A DNA stretch of 64,000 bases from Candidatus Latescibacterota bacterium (lineage in GTDB: Bacteria; Latescibacterota; UBA2968; UBA8231). The position numbers and the translations under genes are program-made. Location of the stretch: the NCBI GenBank assembly GCA_965204725.1, contig OZ242005.1:3520001-3584000 (forward strand). Reading direction: 5' to 3'. The number at the start of each line of letters is the position of its first letter. Position 1 is the first letter of the stretch. Of the stretch, positions 19,337-29,000 are shown one piece after another. Under the pieces are notes generated by a model. It was given only the letters and a program-made list of their open reading frames with translations. It was not told where the DNA came from and ran no database searches.

Positions 19337-20521
19337 ATGATTCCGCGCCCACAGCCCATTGATCGTTTGCATACGGCCCTGTCCAGAAGCCCGTTGGTAC
19401 TGCTCGCCGGCCCGCGCCAATGCGGCAAAACCACCCTCGCCCGCGAGTTCGTGCGGGAGGATTCGGCCAACTACTTCGATTTGGAGGATCCGGTCAGTCT
19501 CGCTCGGCTCGACCAGCCAATGACCGCGTTAGAGACGCTGCGCGGCCTCGTCGTCATAGACGAAGTGCAGCGGCGACCGGACTTGTTTCCGGTTCTGCGG
19601 GTGCTGGCGGACCGCCGCGACGCACCGGCCCGATTCCTCATCTTGGGGAGCGCGTCCGGCGACTTGTTGCGCCAGTCTTCGGAGAGCCTAGCCGGACGGG
19701 TTGAGCACCTTACCCTCGGCGGCTTTCAGCTAGGCGAGGTGGGCACTGACCAAGCCGGTACTCTGTGGCTGCGCGGCGGTCTGCCGCGGTCGTACCTCGC
19801 AGCCGACGACGCTGCAAGCCACCAATGGCGCAAGGACTTCATTCAGACCCTGCTGGAGCGCGACATGCCCCAATGGGGAGCGCGGACCCCGGCTGTTGCG
19901 CTGCATCGCTTCTGGACCATGCTCGCCCACTATCACGGGCAAACTTGGAACGCGGCCGCGCCGGCCCGCGCCTTGGACGTGAGCGCATCTACAACGCGGC
20001 ACTATCTCGATCTGCTGACCGATGCCTTCATGATTCGCCAATTGCAGCCTTACTACGCGAACATCGCCAAGCGGCAAGTCAAGGCACCCAAAATCTATCT
20101 GCGCGACAGCGGCCTATTGCACCAGTTGCTCGCCATTCGGACGGAGGGCGAACTGATGAATCATCCCAGCCTGGGCGCGTCGTGGGAGGGTTTTGTCATC
20201 GAGCAGTTGCTTGCCTTGCTGCAACCCGAGGAGGCCTTTTTCTGGAGCACTCATCAGGGGGCTGAAATAGACCTCGTGTTGCGCCAGAATGGCCGCTGGT
20301 TAGGCGTCGAATGCAAGCGCACGGACGCGCCGCGCCTGACGCGCTCCATCCACACTGCCCTCGACGATCTAAAGCTCGAACGGGTCATTATCGTGTACCC
20401 CGGCCAAAAGTCATACGCCCTCAACGCGCAGGTCAATGTCGTGCCATTGCGCGTACTCGGCACCGCACAGGATGCGGGCGTCGGCTATGAAGCATTCACA
20501 GGAGTAGAAACGGCGCGGTGA
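19337..20521 (+). CDS. AAA+ ATPase (AAA_14) with DUF4143 / PD-(D/E)xK C-terminus
   Basis: GPRQCGKTT, IDEVQ, LGSAS, ESLAGR, PKIYLRDSGL and EIDLV...GVECK. Confidence 0.92.
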   Translation: MIPRPQPIDRLHTALSRSPLVLLAGPRQCGKTTLAREFVREDSANYFDLEDPVSLARLDQPMTALETLRGLVVIDEVQRRPDLFPVLRVLADRRDAPARFLILGSASGDLLRQSSESLAGRVEHLTLGGFQLGEVGTDQAGTLWLRGGLPRSYLAADDAASHQWRKDFIQTLLERDMPQWGARTPAVALHRFWTMLAHYHGQTWNAAAPARALDVSASTTRHYLDLLTDAFMIRQLQPYYANIAKRQVKAPKIYLRDSGLLHQLLAIRTEGELMNHPSLGASWEGFVIEQLLALLQPEEAFFWSTHQGAEIDLVLRQNGRWLGVECKRTDAPRLTRSIHTALDDLKLERVIIVYPGQKSYALNAQVNVVPLRVLGTAQDAGVGYEAFTGVETAR

Positions 20522-20549
20522 TCTTGTCGGTGCGCCACCACCCTTCTCC

Positions 20550-21638
20550 TTACTTTCGCCCTGTAAGTTTGTGCATGATCGCTTCAAGCGGCCCTAGCTT
20601 GTAGCGGGCTAGCCATAGGTGTGAGAACACGACGCCGACTACGGAAAATGCGGTGGCCGCAAACAACGCCCGGGGCAACGTCTGTGCAGTACCCATCCAA
20701 CCCACGGCTTCCAGCACCGACATGCCAAGCACCACGTGAGCCACGTATAGGGTAAGGGAAAGCTGCCCCGTTCTCACGAACGGACGAATCCAAGCGGCGT
20801 CCTCATATCGTTCGCCAAGCGCGACGGAGGCTGCGACGACGGCACTCGCTGTGCCAACTCCTGCGATCATGTAGAGTGGCATCGGAGGCATCGCGCTAGT
20901 TCCGAAGATCGCGACGACAATCTCCCGCTCAGCAGCACCAACTCCTGCTGAGAGCGCATGCACCAAGAACCAACTGATGCCCTCGGCCGCCAGAGCTGCC
21001 CCGAGACCCCAAGCGAAGACGCGCCAGCGGACGGAACGGTCCCCCATATCTCGACGGCCAAGGATCATGCCCACGAACAGGAACGCAAGCCACGGAATTA
21101 CCGGATGGAAACCATTGTAAAACAAATGGCGGACCATGCCCGACGGGGTCCAAAAGCCCGCGTACTCCAGTGTATCCCAATCCCACTCTCGCTCGTAATC
21201 CAATGCGAATAACATCACCGCGAAAGCGATCACGAGCAGAGTGCTATACGTCCAGAGTTGACGGGTGGAAGCAGCCAACGCGAAGGCTGCTACTCCTATG
21301 TAAATTCCGTAGAAATGGAGAATGTCGGCGGGGTAAATCGCGGCATAAAGCATGCCGGCGGCGAAGAGAAACAACGCCCGCCTCAGCAGTGTGTTGCGTT
21401 CCTTCGCCACTTGCTCGCGATCGCCCGAGGCACGACCTCTTTGAGATGCTAGAGAGACCCCTACACCAGCAAGGACCACAAAAGTAGCTGCTGCCCGTCC
21501 GTCAAACATGCCGGCTAGGCGGACGAGCCAGTCCGGGCCGTTCTGCTCGGCCCCCATCACGATCTTGAAATTCACGACGACCATGCCAAAGACGGCAAGC
21601 GCTCTGGCAAAGTCATAGCCAATGATTCGCTTTTTCAC
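20550..21638 (-). CDS. DUF418 / HGSNAT-like multipass membrane protein
   Basis: RIIGYDFARALAVFGM, DILHFYG, GQLSLTLYVAH and GPLE; GTG start at 21638. Confidence 0.8.
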   Translation of the reverse strand: MKKRIIGYDFARALAVFGMVVVNFKIVMGAEQNGPDWLVRLAGMFDGRAAATFVVLAGVGVSLASQRGRASGDREQVAKERNTLLRRALFLFAAGMLYAAIYPADILHFYGIYIGVAAFALAASTRQLWTYSTLLVIAFAVMLFALDYEREWDWDTLEYAGFWTPSGMVRHLFYNGFHPVIPWLAFLFVGMILGRRDMGDRSVRWRVFAWGLGAALAAEGISWFLVHALSAGVGAAEREIVVAIFGTSAMPPMPLYMIAGVGTASAVVAASVALGERYEDAAWIRPFVRTGQLSLTLYVAHVVLGMSVLEAVGWMGTAQTLPRALFAATAFSVVGVVFSHLWLARYKLGPLEAIMHKLTGRK

Positions 21639-21711
21639 CTGAGAGACCCCTTGGAGAAAATTTAATCCGTCCTCTGGGCGGTGGAGCAGCGTCCGCAGCC
21701 CCACTGTATAT

Positions 21712-21938
21712 CTACCTAAAACGCAGCTTCCACTCCTCAACCGCGCAGTAGAGGACCGGCACAATCGGCGCGGTTAGCACCACCGCAATCATGCCGCCGA
21801 AGGTGGGAATGGCCATCGGCAGCATGAGGTCTGCGCCGCGTCCACTCGCCGTCAGCACGGGGATCAGTGCCAAGATCGTGGTGGCCACGGTCATCAGACA
21901 GGGGCGGATGCGCCGCACCCCAGCAGCGAGCGCGGCGC
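21712..21938 (-). pseudogene. Duplicated 3' end of cusA (copy of 26059-26280)
   Basis: 21717-21938 aligns gap-free to 26059-26280 with 8 mismatches counted by eye; encodes RRIRPCLMT...EEWKLRFR*. Confidence 0.93.
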
Positions 21939-21983
21939 ATCGACAGCTTTTGCCGAGGCACTTCTTCAGGCTCTGAACTGCGC

Positions 21984-23546
21984 TTAAACAGTTCGCCTCA
22001 AATGGAACAGATCAGGCGATCGGCGGTCCCGTTCAAAAAGCGTTTGCCAATCCAACGCTAAAAGCAACCCAAACAGCTTCTCTTCTTTTAGCGTCGTCCA
22101 CTCTGTTCCGAACCATATCTCGGCCAATTCCCGTAAGCGAAATGGTCCCTTCGCTCCTCTTGCCATCAGATAGGCATATACCTCAGAGAGCTTGTTAAGA
22201 CGGAGTTGTCTCCCGTCTGCGATGCCCGCTCGCTGAGTATAGGTATATTCGCCGCCATTTTCGGGGAGTTGCACATCCACGGCCGGAGACCTCTCTCGCA
22301 CGGATTTAGCCAACTTCTTCCTCGCGGAGTCATCACCGTGTACGAAAAAGCATGTGCGCGGACGCAGTTTTTCGACCAATTCCGTCAGTTCTCTCTGATC
22401 CGCGTGGGCCGAAAGCGAGTATTGCTTCACGTCACACTCCACACTCACCTCCTGTCCATCAAGATTCAGGACACGCTCATCCTGCAACTTGCGCCCAGGA
22501 GTTCCTTCGGCCTGATAGCCTGTAAAAGCTATCAGGTTCTTCGGATCACCAGCTAAACGCTTGGCGTAATAATTCTTCGATACACCACCGTTCAACATCC
22601 CCGAAGATGCCACGATACAACAGGGAGGTCCTGACAAAATGCGATCGCGATGACCCTTTGAATCAACCCTCTTTACGAAAGCTGAATAAAAAATATCCTC
22701 GCTGCCTTTCGCTTTGCATTGCAAGGAAGGCGAGAGATCGTCAACAAAACGCGAATACACATCATTGACCTTTTGCACCATCCCGTCAACATACACCGGA
22801 ATCTGCTTCTGTTCCATGTGGCCCTTCAAGATCTGAAGGACCTCCTGAGAACGTGCCACGGCAAACGCTGGGATCAACACTTTGCCGCCTGCTTCAACCA
22901 CTTCGACCACATCCCGTACAAGCGCAGCCTCTTCTTGAGCGCGATCTTTATGCAGGCGACCGCCATAAGTCGATTCCATCACCATCACATCGGGGCGACA
23001 CCACTCTGGAATAACCATGCCGGGAATAGTCAACTGATCGGCAACCGATACATCACCCGTCAGCAGAATACTTTCCCGCTTGCCTTGGATGTAGATCATT
23101 GCAGCGCCCAAAATGTGACCGGCACGAATCCACGTAGCTTTCACGCCGTCGCATATCTGTACGGGTTCCATATACCGCACTAATTCCATACGGCTCAAGG
23201 CTTCACGGACATCGTTAGATAGCCTAGGAGACTCGCGTTCTTCCCGTCTCACAGCATCGTCTAACAACACCTGTGTAATATCTTTCGTCGCATGCGTACA
23301 ATACACCTTTTCGGGCAACCTGTTCTCTTTTACAAGCACAGGCAGAGCACCCGTGTGGTCGCTATGAGCGTGGGTCAACAGTAGAGCGTCAGGTTTGTCC
23401 AAAGCACCCAAATCAGGCCGCTTTGAATTTTTCCCAGGTCCCATTCGGATGCCTGCATCTACCAGAATACGGCATCCAGCGATCTCAATTAACGTACAGG
23501 AAGCACCAACCTCGTTGGCACCTCCGAAGAAACGTAGCTTGATCAT
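21984..23546 (-). CDS. MBL-fold beta-CASP nuclease (CPSF73/Ysh1-like)
   Basis: GGANEVGASC, THAHSDH, AGHILG, TGD, MESTYG, PAFAVARSQE, ASSGML, SAHAD and VHG; extra C-terminal ~75 aa. Confidence 0.9.
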   Translation of the reverse strand: MIKLRFFGGANEVGASCTLIEIAGCRILVDAGIRMGPGKNSKRPDLGALDKPDALLLTHAHSDHTGALPVLVKENRLPEKVYCTHATKDITQVLLDDAVRREERESPRLSNDVREALSRMELVRYMEPVQICDGVKATWIRAGHILGAAMIYIQGKRESILLTGDVSVADQLTIPGMVIPEWCRPDVMVMESTYGGRLHKDRAQEEAALVRDVVEVVEAGGKVLIPAFAVARSQEVLQILKGHMEQKQIPVYVDGMVQKVNDVYSRFVDDLSPSLQCKAKGSEDIFYSAFVKRVDSKGHRDRILSGPPCCIVASSGMLNGGVSKNYYAKRLAGDPKNLIAFTGYQAEGTPGRKLQDERVLNLDGQEVSVECDVKQYSLSAHADQRELTELVEKLRPRTCFFVHGDDSARKKLAKSVRERSPAVDVQLPENGGEYTYTQRAGIADGRQLRLNKLSEVYAYLMARGAKGPFRLRELAEIWFGTEWTTLKEEKLFGLLLALDWQTLFERDRRSPDLFHLRRTV

Positions 23547-23700
23547 GACTTCTCCTTTTCACAGTTGATCTCACAGGGACGATTCTATATCGCCCTGCTA
23601 GCATCTTGAAAGGCGCGTCATAGCACGATCCTAAAAGGATCAGAATGCGACTATTGAGCCGCGAAGTGCGACGCATCGAGAAAAAATATGAGGCGAATTG

Positions 23701-23743
23701 GTAGGGGGTGACCGATGAAGGAAATACAGCGGTCACCCCCTAC
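23701..23743 (-). terminator. 14-bp stem hairpin (terminator or processing site)
   Basis: GTAGGGGGTGACCG-N15-CGGTCACCCCCTAC, 7 nt after the microprotein stop; no strong U-tract. Confidence 0.55.
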
Positions 23744-23750
23744 TGATCAA

Positions 23751-23921
23751 TCACTTGCCCTTGCCTTTGGGGCTCTGTTGGTCCTGACTTTTACGCGATT
23801 GCCAATCATTGGGTCTCTGATTGTATTTTCGCCCTTGCCAATAAACATCGTTATTGGGATTCAACTGATTGGCGCGATTGTCAGCACCAGCTTTACCGCC
23901 TCCGCTACGGGATTTAGCCAT
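23751..23921 (-). CDS. 56-aa basic microprotein (MAKSRSGGGKAGADNRANQLNPNNDVYWQGRKYNQRPNDWQSRKSQDQQSPKGKGK)
   Basis: Translated by hand (below the ORF-track cutoff); strong RBS AAAGGAGGTG upstream of the ATG; hairpin downstream. Confidence 0.75.
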   Translation of the reverse strand: MAKSRSGGGKAGADNRANQLNPNNDVYWQGRKYNQRPNDWQSRKSQDQQSPKGKGK

Positions 23922-23968
23922 CTGTCATCACCTCCTTTCTCATGGGAATTTATCGCCTCACGGGAACA

Positions 23969-25714
23969 CTATGCTTTCCAATTGAGACGATCATCTTTCT
24001 CTCTTGTTCGATGTAGTTCTTTTCGACGTGTTCGCATAGCACCTGCCTCATCAATTTCTTTTCCAAGCGTCAAAAGATGAGCTTGGCGAAGCCACCAAAA
24101 CGCCTCAAATAGGGGACGACGCGGCGATGCACCGCGCTCTAAATTCGGTTTTCTCCGGTCTATATGCCGAATCTGCCTGTGTGCTCTTTTAGCCAATTTT
24201 CGGCACTCTTCATCGGGATCATTTTTAGAGAGCCAAAACAGTGTTCTATGAGCCCTTCCGCCGGGATTAACGCGCAGTGCCGTCAACGCCTGCACGTAGC
24301 ACTGCCGCCATACAGGCCGCGGTTCTACAAACTCTTCACGATTAGCATTTGTATCGTTTTTTTGGGTTTTGAGTCGTCCAAGGCAAAACTTGGCGAGCTC
24401 TTCACGCAAATCCTGCAACTGCGGGTCTCGGTCCAGTTCTGCCCGCAGGTTCTGAGGATACATGGCGATTTCGATCCACAGAGGTATTTCACTATACGGA
24501 TGAGGAGGGGCCTCTCTTCCAAGTTCGCCCCAAGGGCGAAGATCGGATGTAACGGCCGGCACGTTCATCTCCGTAAAGGCCAGCAATAAAGGCTTCAGGC
24601 GTTTCCACGGGTCGGCAAAAATTAGCAAAATATCAAAAGCCTTTCTGTAAAAATCGGACACTTCTCCTATCGAATTTTTCTCCTCAAAGGCTTTTGGGCT
24701 ATCCCGTAACACCGCCCGCAACATTCCTATATGCCTAGCGGCACTTTCGATAAGCCGACTTCTCAATTCTGGAGAGAGTTCGGATTCCAACCCGCCCATG
24801 CTACTGCTGTAAATTATCTTGGCTAATCGCCACCAAGCTTTAGTCAATGAGGAGCATTCCTGATTCGACTCTGGTGCTTTCGCTTCCAGAAGTTCCAAAA
24901 ATGGAATTAATTCACGTGCAACAATCCGCCATCCGTCATTCAGGGAATCTAAACCGGCCACATTCAAGGCATAACCAATAGCATTCAGAAGTCCGAGAAT
25001 CTCATCTCCTAAAACACCTTCTGGAACATCAGAAAAATGTTCCAATAACGTGTCCAAGCGGATTGTGCCGTGATGGTCTGTGCCTGAACGAAATCGCTGG
25101 ATTAACCAGAATTCGAGCTGTTTGGGATCTTCAAAATCACTGCTGGACCAGCTTCGTTGAATGGGACTCAAGAGATCAAAATCAACGACCTGCACTAAGG
25201 GCATACCATTTGGAAAAAGAAATCGAAGCAAATCATCAAGTTTATGAATAGACGACTTTAGTCTGTTCCAATCCAAACGCTCAGCGCAAAAATTTGCATG
25301 CTCTTGAAACTCGTCAGCCCATTGCGGAATATCCCAGACGCCGTCCGATCTCACAGGCTTAGGATTGGACTGGATCGTCTCACCTAAATACACAGGTCCA
25401 AAGCCAAGCATAGTGCTAAAAAGAAACGCCAAGCGGGTTTGACGATCTTTCTCAACCTGAACTTGTCCTTCTAAGTCTTTCAAGATGCTAGGCAGGACGT
25501 ATTCAAAACTGTCCTCAAAACCTTCTTTGAAGATAGAGGCACTATTAGAATCAGAGTTGCCAAAACAGTCGGGACGTTCAAAGACTTGTACTAGCCATCC
25601 CTGATCCGCCTCGCAGAAACCAGCATCTTGAAGGTGCTGTTTCAGTTCTTCTGAGTAAGAAAAATCTTTTGAAGGAAATACGAGACCGTTCCGGCCATTT
25701 TCAGCTTTGCTCAT
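23969..25714 (-). CDS. Hypothetical ~580-aa helical protein
   Basis: Long ORF in AT-richer DNA; ATG at 25714 with GGAG RBS; HEAT-like C-terminus (NDPDEECRKLA...LFEAFWWLRQAHL). Confidence 0.75.
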   Translation of the reverse strand: MSKAENGRNGLVFPSKDFSYSEELKQHLQDAGFCEADQGWLVQVFERPDCFGNSDSNSASIFKEGFEDSFEYVLPSILKDLEGQVQVEKDRQTRLAFLFSTMLGFGPVYLGETIQSNPKPVRSDGVWDIPQWADEFQEHANFCAERLDWNRLKSSIHKLDDLLRFLFPNGMPLVQVVDFDLLSPIQRSWSSSDFEDPKQLEFWLIQRFRSGTDHHGTIRLDTLLEHFSDVPEGVLGDEILGLLNAIGYALNVAGLDSLNDGWRIVARELIPFLELLEAKAPESNQECSSLTKAWWRLAKIIYSSSMGGLESELSPELRSRLIESAARHIGMLRAVLRDSPKAFEEKNSIGEVSDFYRKAFDILLIFADPWKRLKPLLLAFTEMNVPAVTSDLRPWGELGREAPPHPYSEIPLWIEIAMYPQNLRAELDRDPQLQDLREELAKFCLGRLKTQKNDTNANREEFVEPRPVWRQCYVQALTALRVNPGGRAHRTLFWLSKNDPDEECRKLAKRAHRQIRHIDRRKPNLERGASPRRPLFEAFWWLRQAHLLTLGKEIDEAGAMRTRRKELHRTREKDDRLNWKA

Positions 25715-26041
25715 GCTACACTCCAAGCTATATCCTGTGGACAATCTGGGTAAAACCCAAATTGCGAACCCGTCGGATTCCCGACCGAAGGACTATCAGG
25801 AACGGAAGAGATGCAAAAGGCATCAAAGCAACGAGGTTCTCATCTGCCTAAAACTTTTCCTATCCTGTGATCCTTGTCAACCCCTAACGATTTTTTTGTT
25901 AAGCCAAAACAGTCTCATAAATATCTGAGGCTATCAGGGGCAGACCGGACACCGGCCCTCCTGCGTTCACCTGCGACTTTGCCTTCGTGCCGCCGCCTGT
26001 ACTGCATATATAACACCCCTACCAACGAAATGTGTCACCTC

Positions 26042-29000
26042 TCACCAGCGAGCGCGCTTAAACCGCAGCTTCCACTCCTCAACCGCGCAGTAGAGCACCG
26101 GCACAATCGGCGCAGTTAGCACCACCGCAATCATGCCGCCGAAGGTGGGAATGGCCATCGGCAGCATGAGGTCTGCGCCGCGTCCACTCGCCGTCAGCAC
26201 GGGGATCAGCGCCAAGATCGTAGTGGCCGCAGTCATCAGACAGGGGCGGATGCGCCGCACCCCAGCGGCGAGCGCGGCGCGACGCATCGCCTCGACAGTC
26301 GCTGGTTTTTGCGCCCTAAAGACTTGGCCCAGATAGGTCGCCGCGATCACGCCGTTGTCCGAGGCAATGCCAAACAGCGCGAGAAAACCCACCCACACGG
26401 CCACGCTCAAGTTCAAAGGACGGATGTGGAAGAGGGCGCGCATCTCCGTGCCGAAGACGGAGCAATCCAAAAACCATTCCTGCCCGTAGAGCCACAGCAT
26501 GGCAAAGCCGCCAGCCCACGCCACCGCAACCCCGGAAAAGACCATCAGAGCCGTGACCGCGTTGCCAAACTGGAAATAGAGAATGAGGAAAATTGTCGCC
26601 AGCGCGAGCGGCAGCAGCACGTTGAGCTTCTTCTGCGCCCGCAGTTGGTTTTCGTAACTACCGGCGAAGGTATAGCTGACGCCGGTCTCCAGCACGAGAT
26701 CGCCGCTGGCCCTTTTGCTGGCCAAATGCGCTCGGCATGCTTCCACCACATCGACCTCGGCGTACCCCGGCTTTTTGTCGAAGAGCACATAGCCGAGCAA
26801 AAACGTATCCTCGCTCTTGATGACCTGAGGGCCGCGTACGTAGCGAATCTCGGCCAGCTCGCCCAAGGGGATCTGCGCCCCGTCCGGCGCGGGCACCAAA
26901 ATTCGCACCAGTTCCTCGACGCTGTCGCGCAACTCTCGCAGGTAGCGCACTCGCACTGGGTAGCGCTCGCGGCCTTCCACCGTGGTGGTGACCCGCTTGC
27001 CCCCGATGGCGATCTCAATTACGTCCTGCACCTTTTGCAGGGGGATGCCGTGGCGGGCAATGGCCTCGCGGTCAATGTGGATCTCCAAGTAGGGCTTGCC
27101 GATGATGCGGTCGGCGTTGACGGTCGCCGCCTCAACCGCGGGCACTTCCTTGAGCAAGCGCTCCAGCACCAAGCCGGCGCGCTCAATGGCCTCCAAGCTA
27201 GGGCCTTTGATCTCAATGCCCATTGGGGCGCGCATTCCGCTCTGCAACATGACGAGCCGCGCGGCAATCGGCTGCAACTTCGGCGCCGAAGTAGAGCCGG
27301 GAATCTGGCCGGCCCGGGCGATCGCCGCCCATATATCGTCGGGGCCTTGGATGCCCGGCCACGCCGCCCGGCCCGGATTGAGCGCGAGATCCAAGGGCGG
27401 ACGCCACAAGCGGAAGGGCCGCCCATCGGCGTTGGGCACGAGGCGGCCGGCCTCGTCGCGCAGGTAGCGGCCCGGCACCGTGTAGGGCGCGCCATCCGGG
27501 GCGGGCGCGGGCGTACCATCCGGGGCGCGAAACAGGTCTGGGACGCGCTCGTCAAAAGCGAATAGCAGGCGGCGGCCGGCCTCGTCGGTGAGGTATTCCG
27601 CACGATAGTTGACGATAGTCTCAATCATGGAAATCGGTGCGGGGTCCAGCGGGGTCTCCGCCCGCCCGAGCTTGCCCACTGCGGACTCCACTTCTGGTAT
27701 CTGCGCAATGGCCGCGTTTTGCTTTTGCAGGACGTCGAGCACCTCGCCGATGGAGGCGTGGGGCATGGTCGTCGGCATCCACAGGAAAGAACCTTCGTCG
27801 AGGGGGGGCATAAACTCTTTGCCCAACCCGGGCAGCGCCTCGGCGAGGGCCATAAAGGGCGCTGTGTTGCGTAGGGAGGGCGGCACGACGCCGAAGACGC
27901 GGGCAAAACCCAGCCACGCGGACGCCCCGGCCAGCAGCAGCAACAAGGGGAAGAGCAGGGCCAAGCCCTTGTGATCCAAGCACCACCGCAGCACGCGGGG
28001 GAACGCGACTTGCAAGACGCGAAAAAGGGCCAACAGGCCGCCGATCAATCCGGCAGCAAAGAGAAAGTTGCGCCATCCGCCCTTTTCCGGGCCGAGGGGC
28101 AACCAGTGTTCGGCCAACACGACTACTACTCCGCAGGCCGCGGCGGCAATGGCCCCTCGCGCCACCCACAAGCGCACTCGCTCTGGTACGCGGGCGGCGA
28201 GTAGGTGATACGTCCCAATGGCTATCAGCAGCAGGCCGATCCACTTCGACAGAACCAAGGCTACCCCGAGGCCACAGACAGCCCAAAGGCCGGGTGCCCA
28301 ACGACTCAGACGCACGGCAAACGCGCAGTGCGCCAAGGCCGGCAAAACCGTCAGCGACAGCCACACCGCGGCCAACAGCGCAAAGGTCTTGGTAAAGGCC
28401 AGCGGCGCGAAGAGCTTGCCCTCGGCCCCTTCCATGGCAAAGACGGGCAAAAAGCCCACTACCGTGGTGAGCACGGCCGTCAGCACGGCTCCGCCGACCT
28501 CGCGCGTGGCGCGGAATACCACTTCCAAGCGGTCGTCCTCTGCGTCGGCATCCTCTAAGTGCTTGAGGATGTTCTCGCTGATGACGATGCCCATATCGAC
28601 CATGGTGCCGATGGCAATGGCAATGCCGGAGAGGGCGACTATATTGGCTTCCACGCCAAAGACCTTCATGGCGGCGAAGCAGGCGAGCACGGCCAGCGGC
28701 AACAGCCCAGAGACCAGCGCGGCCCCGCGCAGATTCATCACCAGCACCAAGACCACGATCACCGTTACCAACACTTCCTCGCTCAGCGCACGCTCCAGCG
28801 TGCCCAAGGTCTCCTCAATCAAGCCGGATCGATCGTAAAAGGGAATCACTTGTACTTGGCTGACCCGCCCGTCGGGCAGGGTTTTCTGGGGCAAACTCGG
28901 GGCGATTTCCGCGATCTTGGCTTTAACGCTCTCAATGGCTGCTAGGGGGTTGGTGCCAAAGCGCGCCACCACCACGCCGCCGACCACCTCGGCGCCTTCC

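Larger units (their letters stand above)
21939..26041. mobile_element. Small AT-richer genomic island between the two cusA 3'-end copies; no integrase visible
   Basis: Flanked by the long direct repeat; visible shift in base composition; three co-oriented genes. Confidence 0.65.

Noticed and set aside
23715-24080. 121-aa hydrophobic plus-strand ORF in the island
   Set aside because: It is antisense to the microprotein and the large ORF, which have better RBS and operon context.
25745-26041. Possible riboswitch or ncRNA upstream of the island's large gene
   Set aside because: There is a TTGACA on the minus strand (25875-25880) but no good -10 at proper spacing and no aptamer consensus I can recognise; an Infernal/Rfam scan would be needed.
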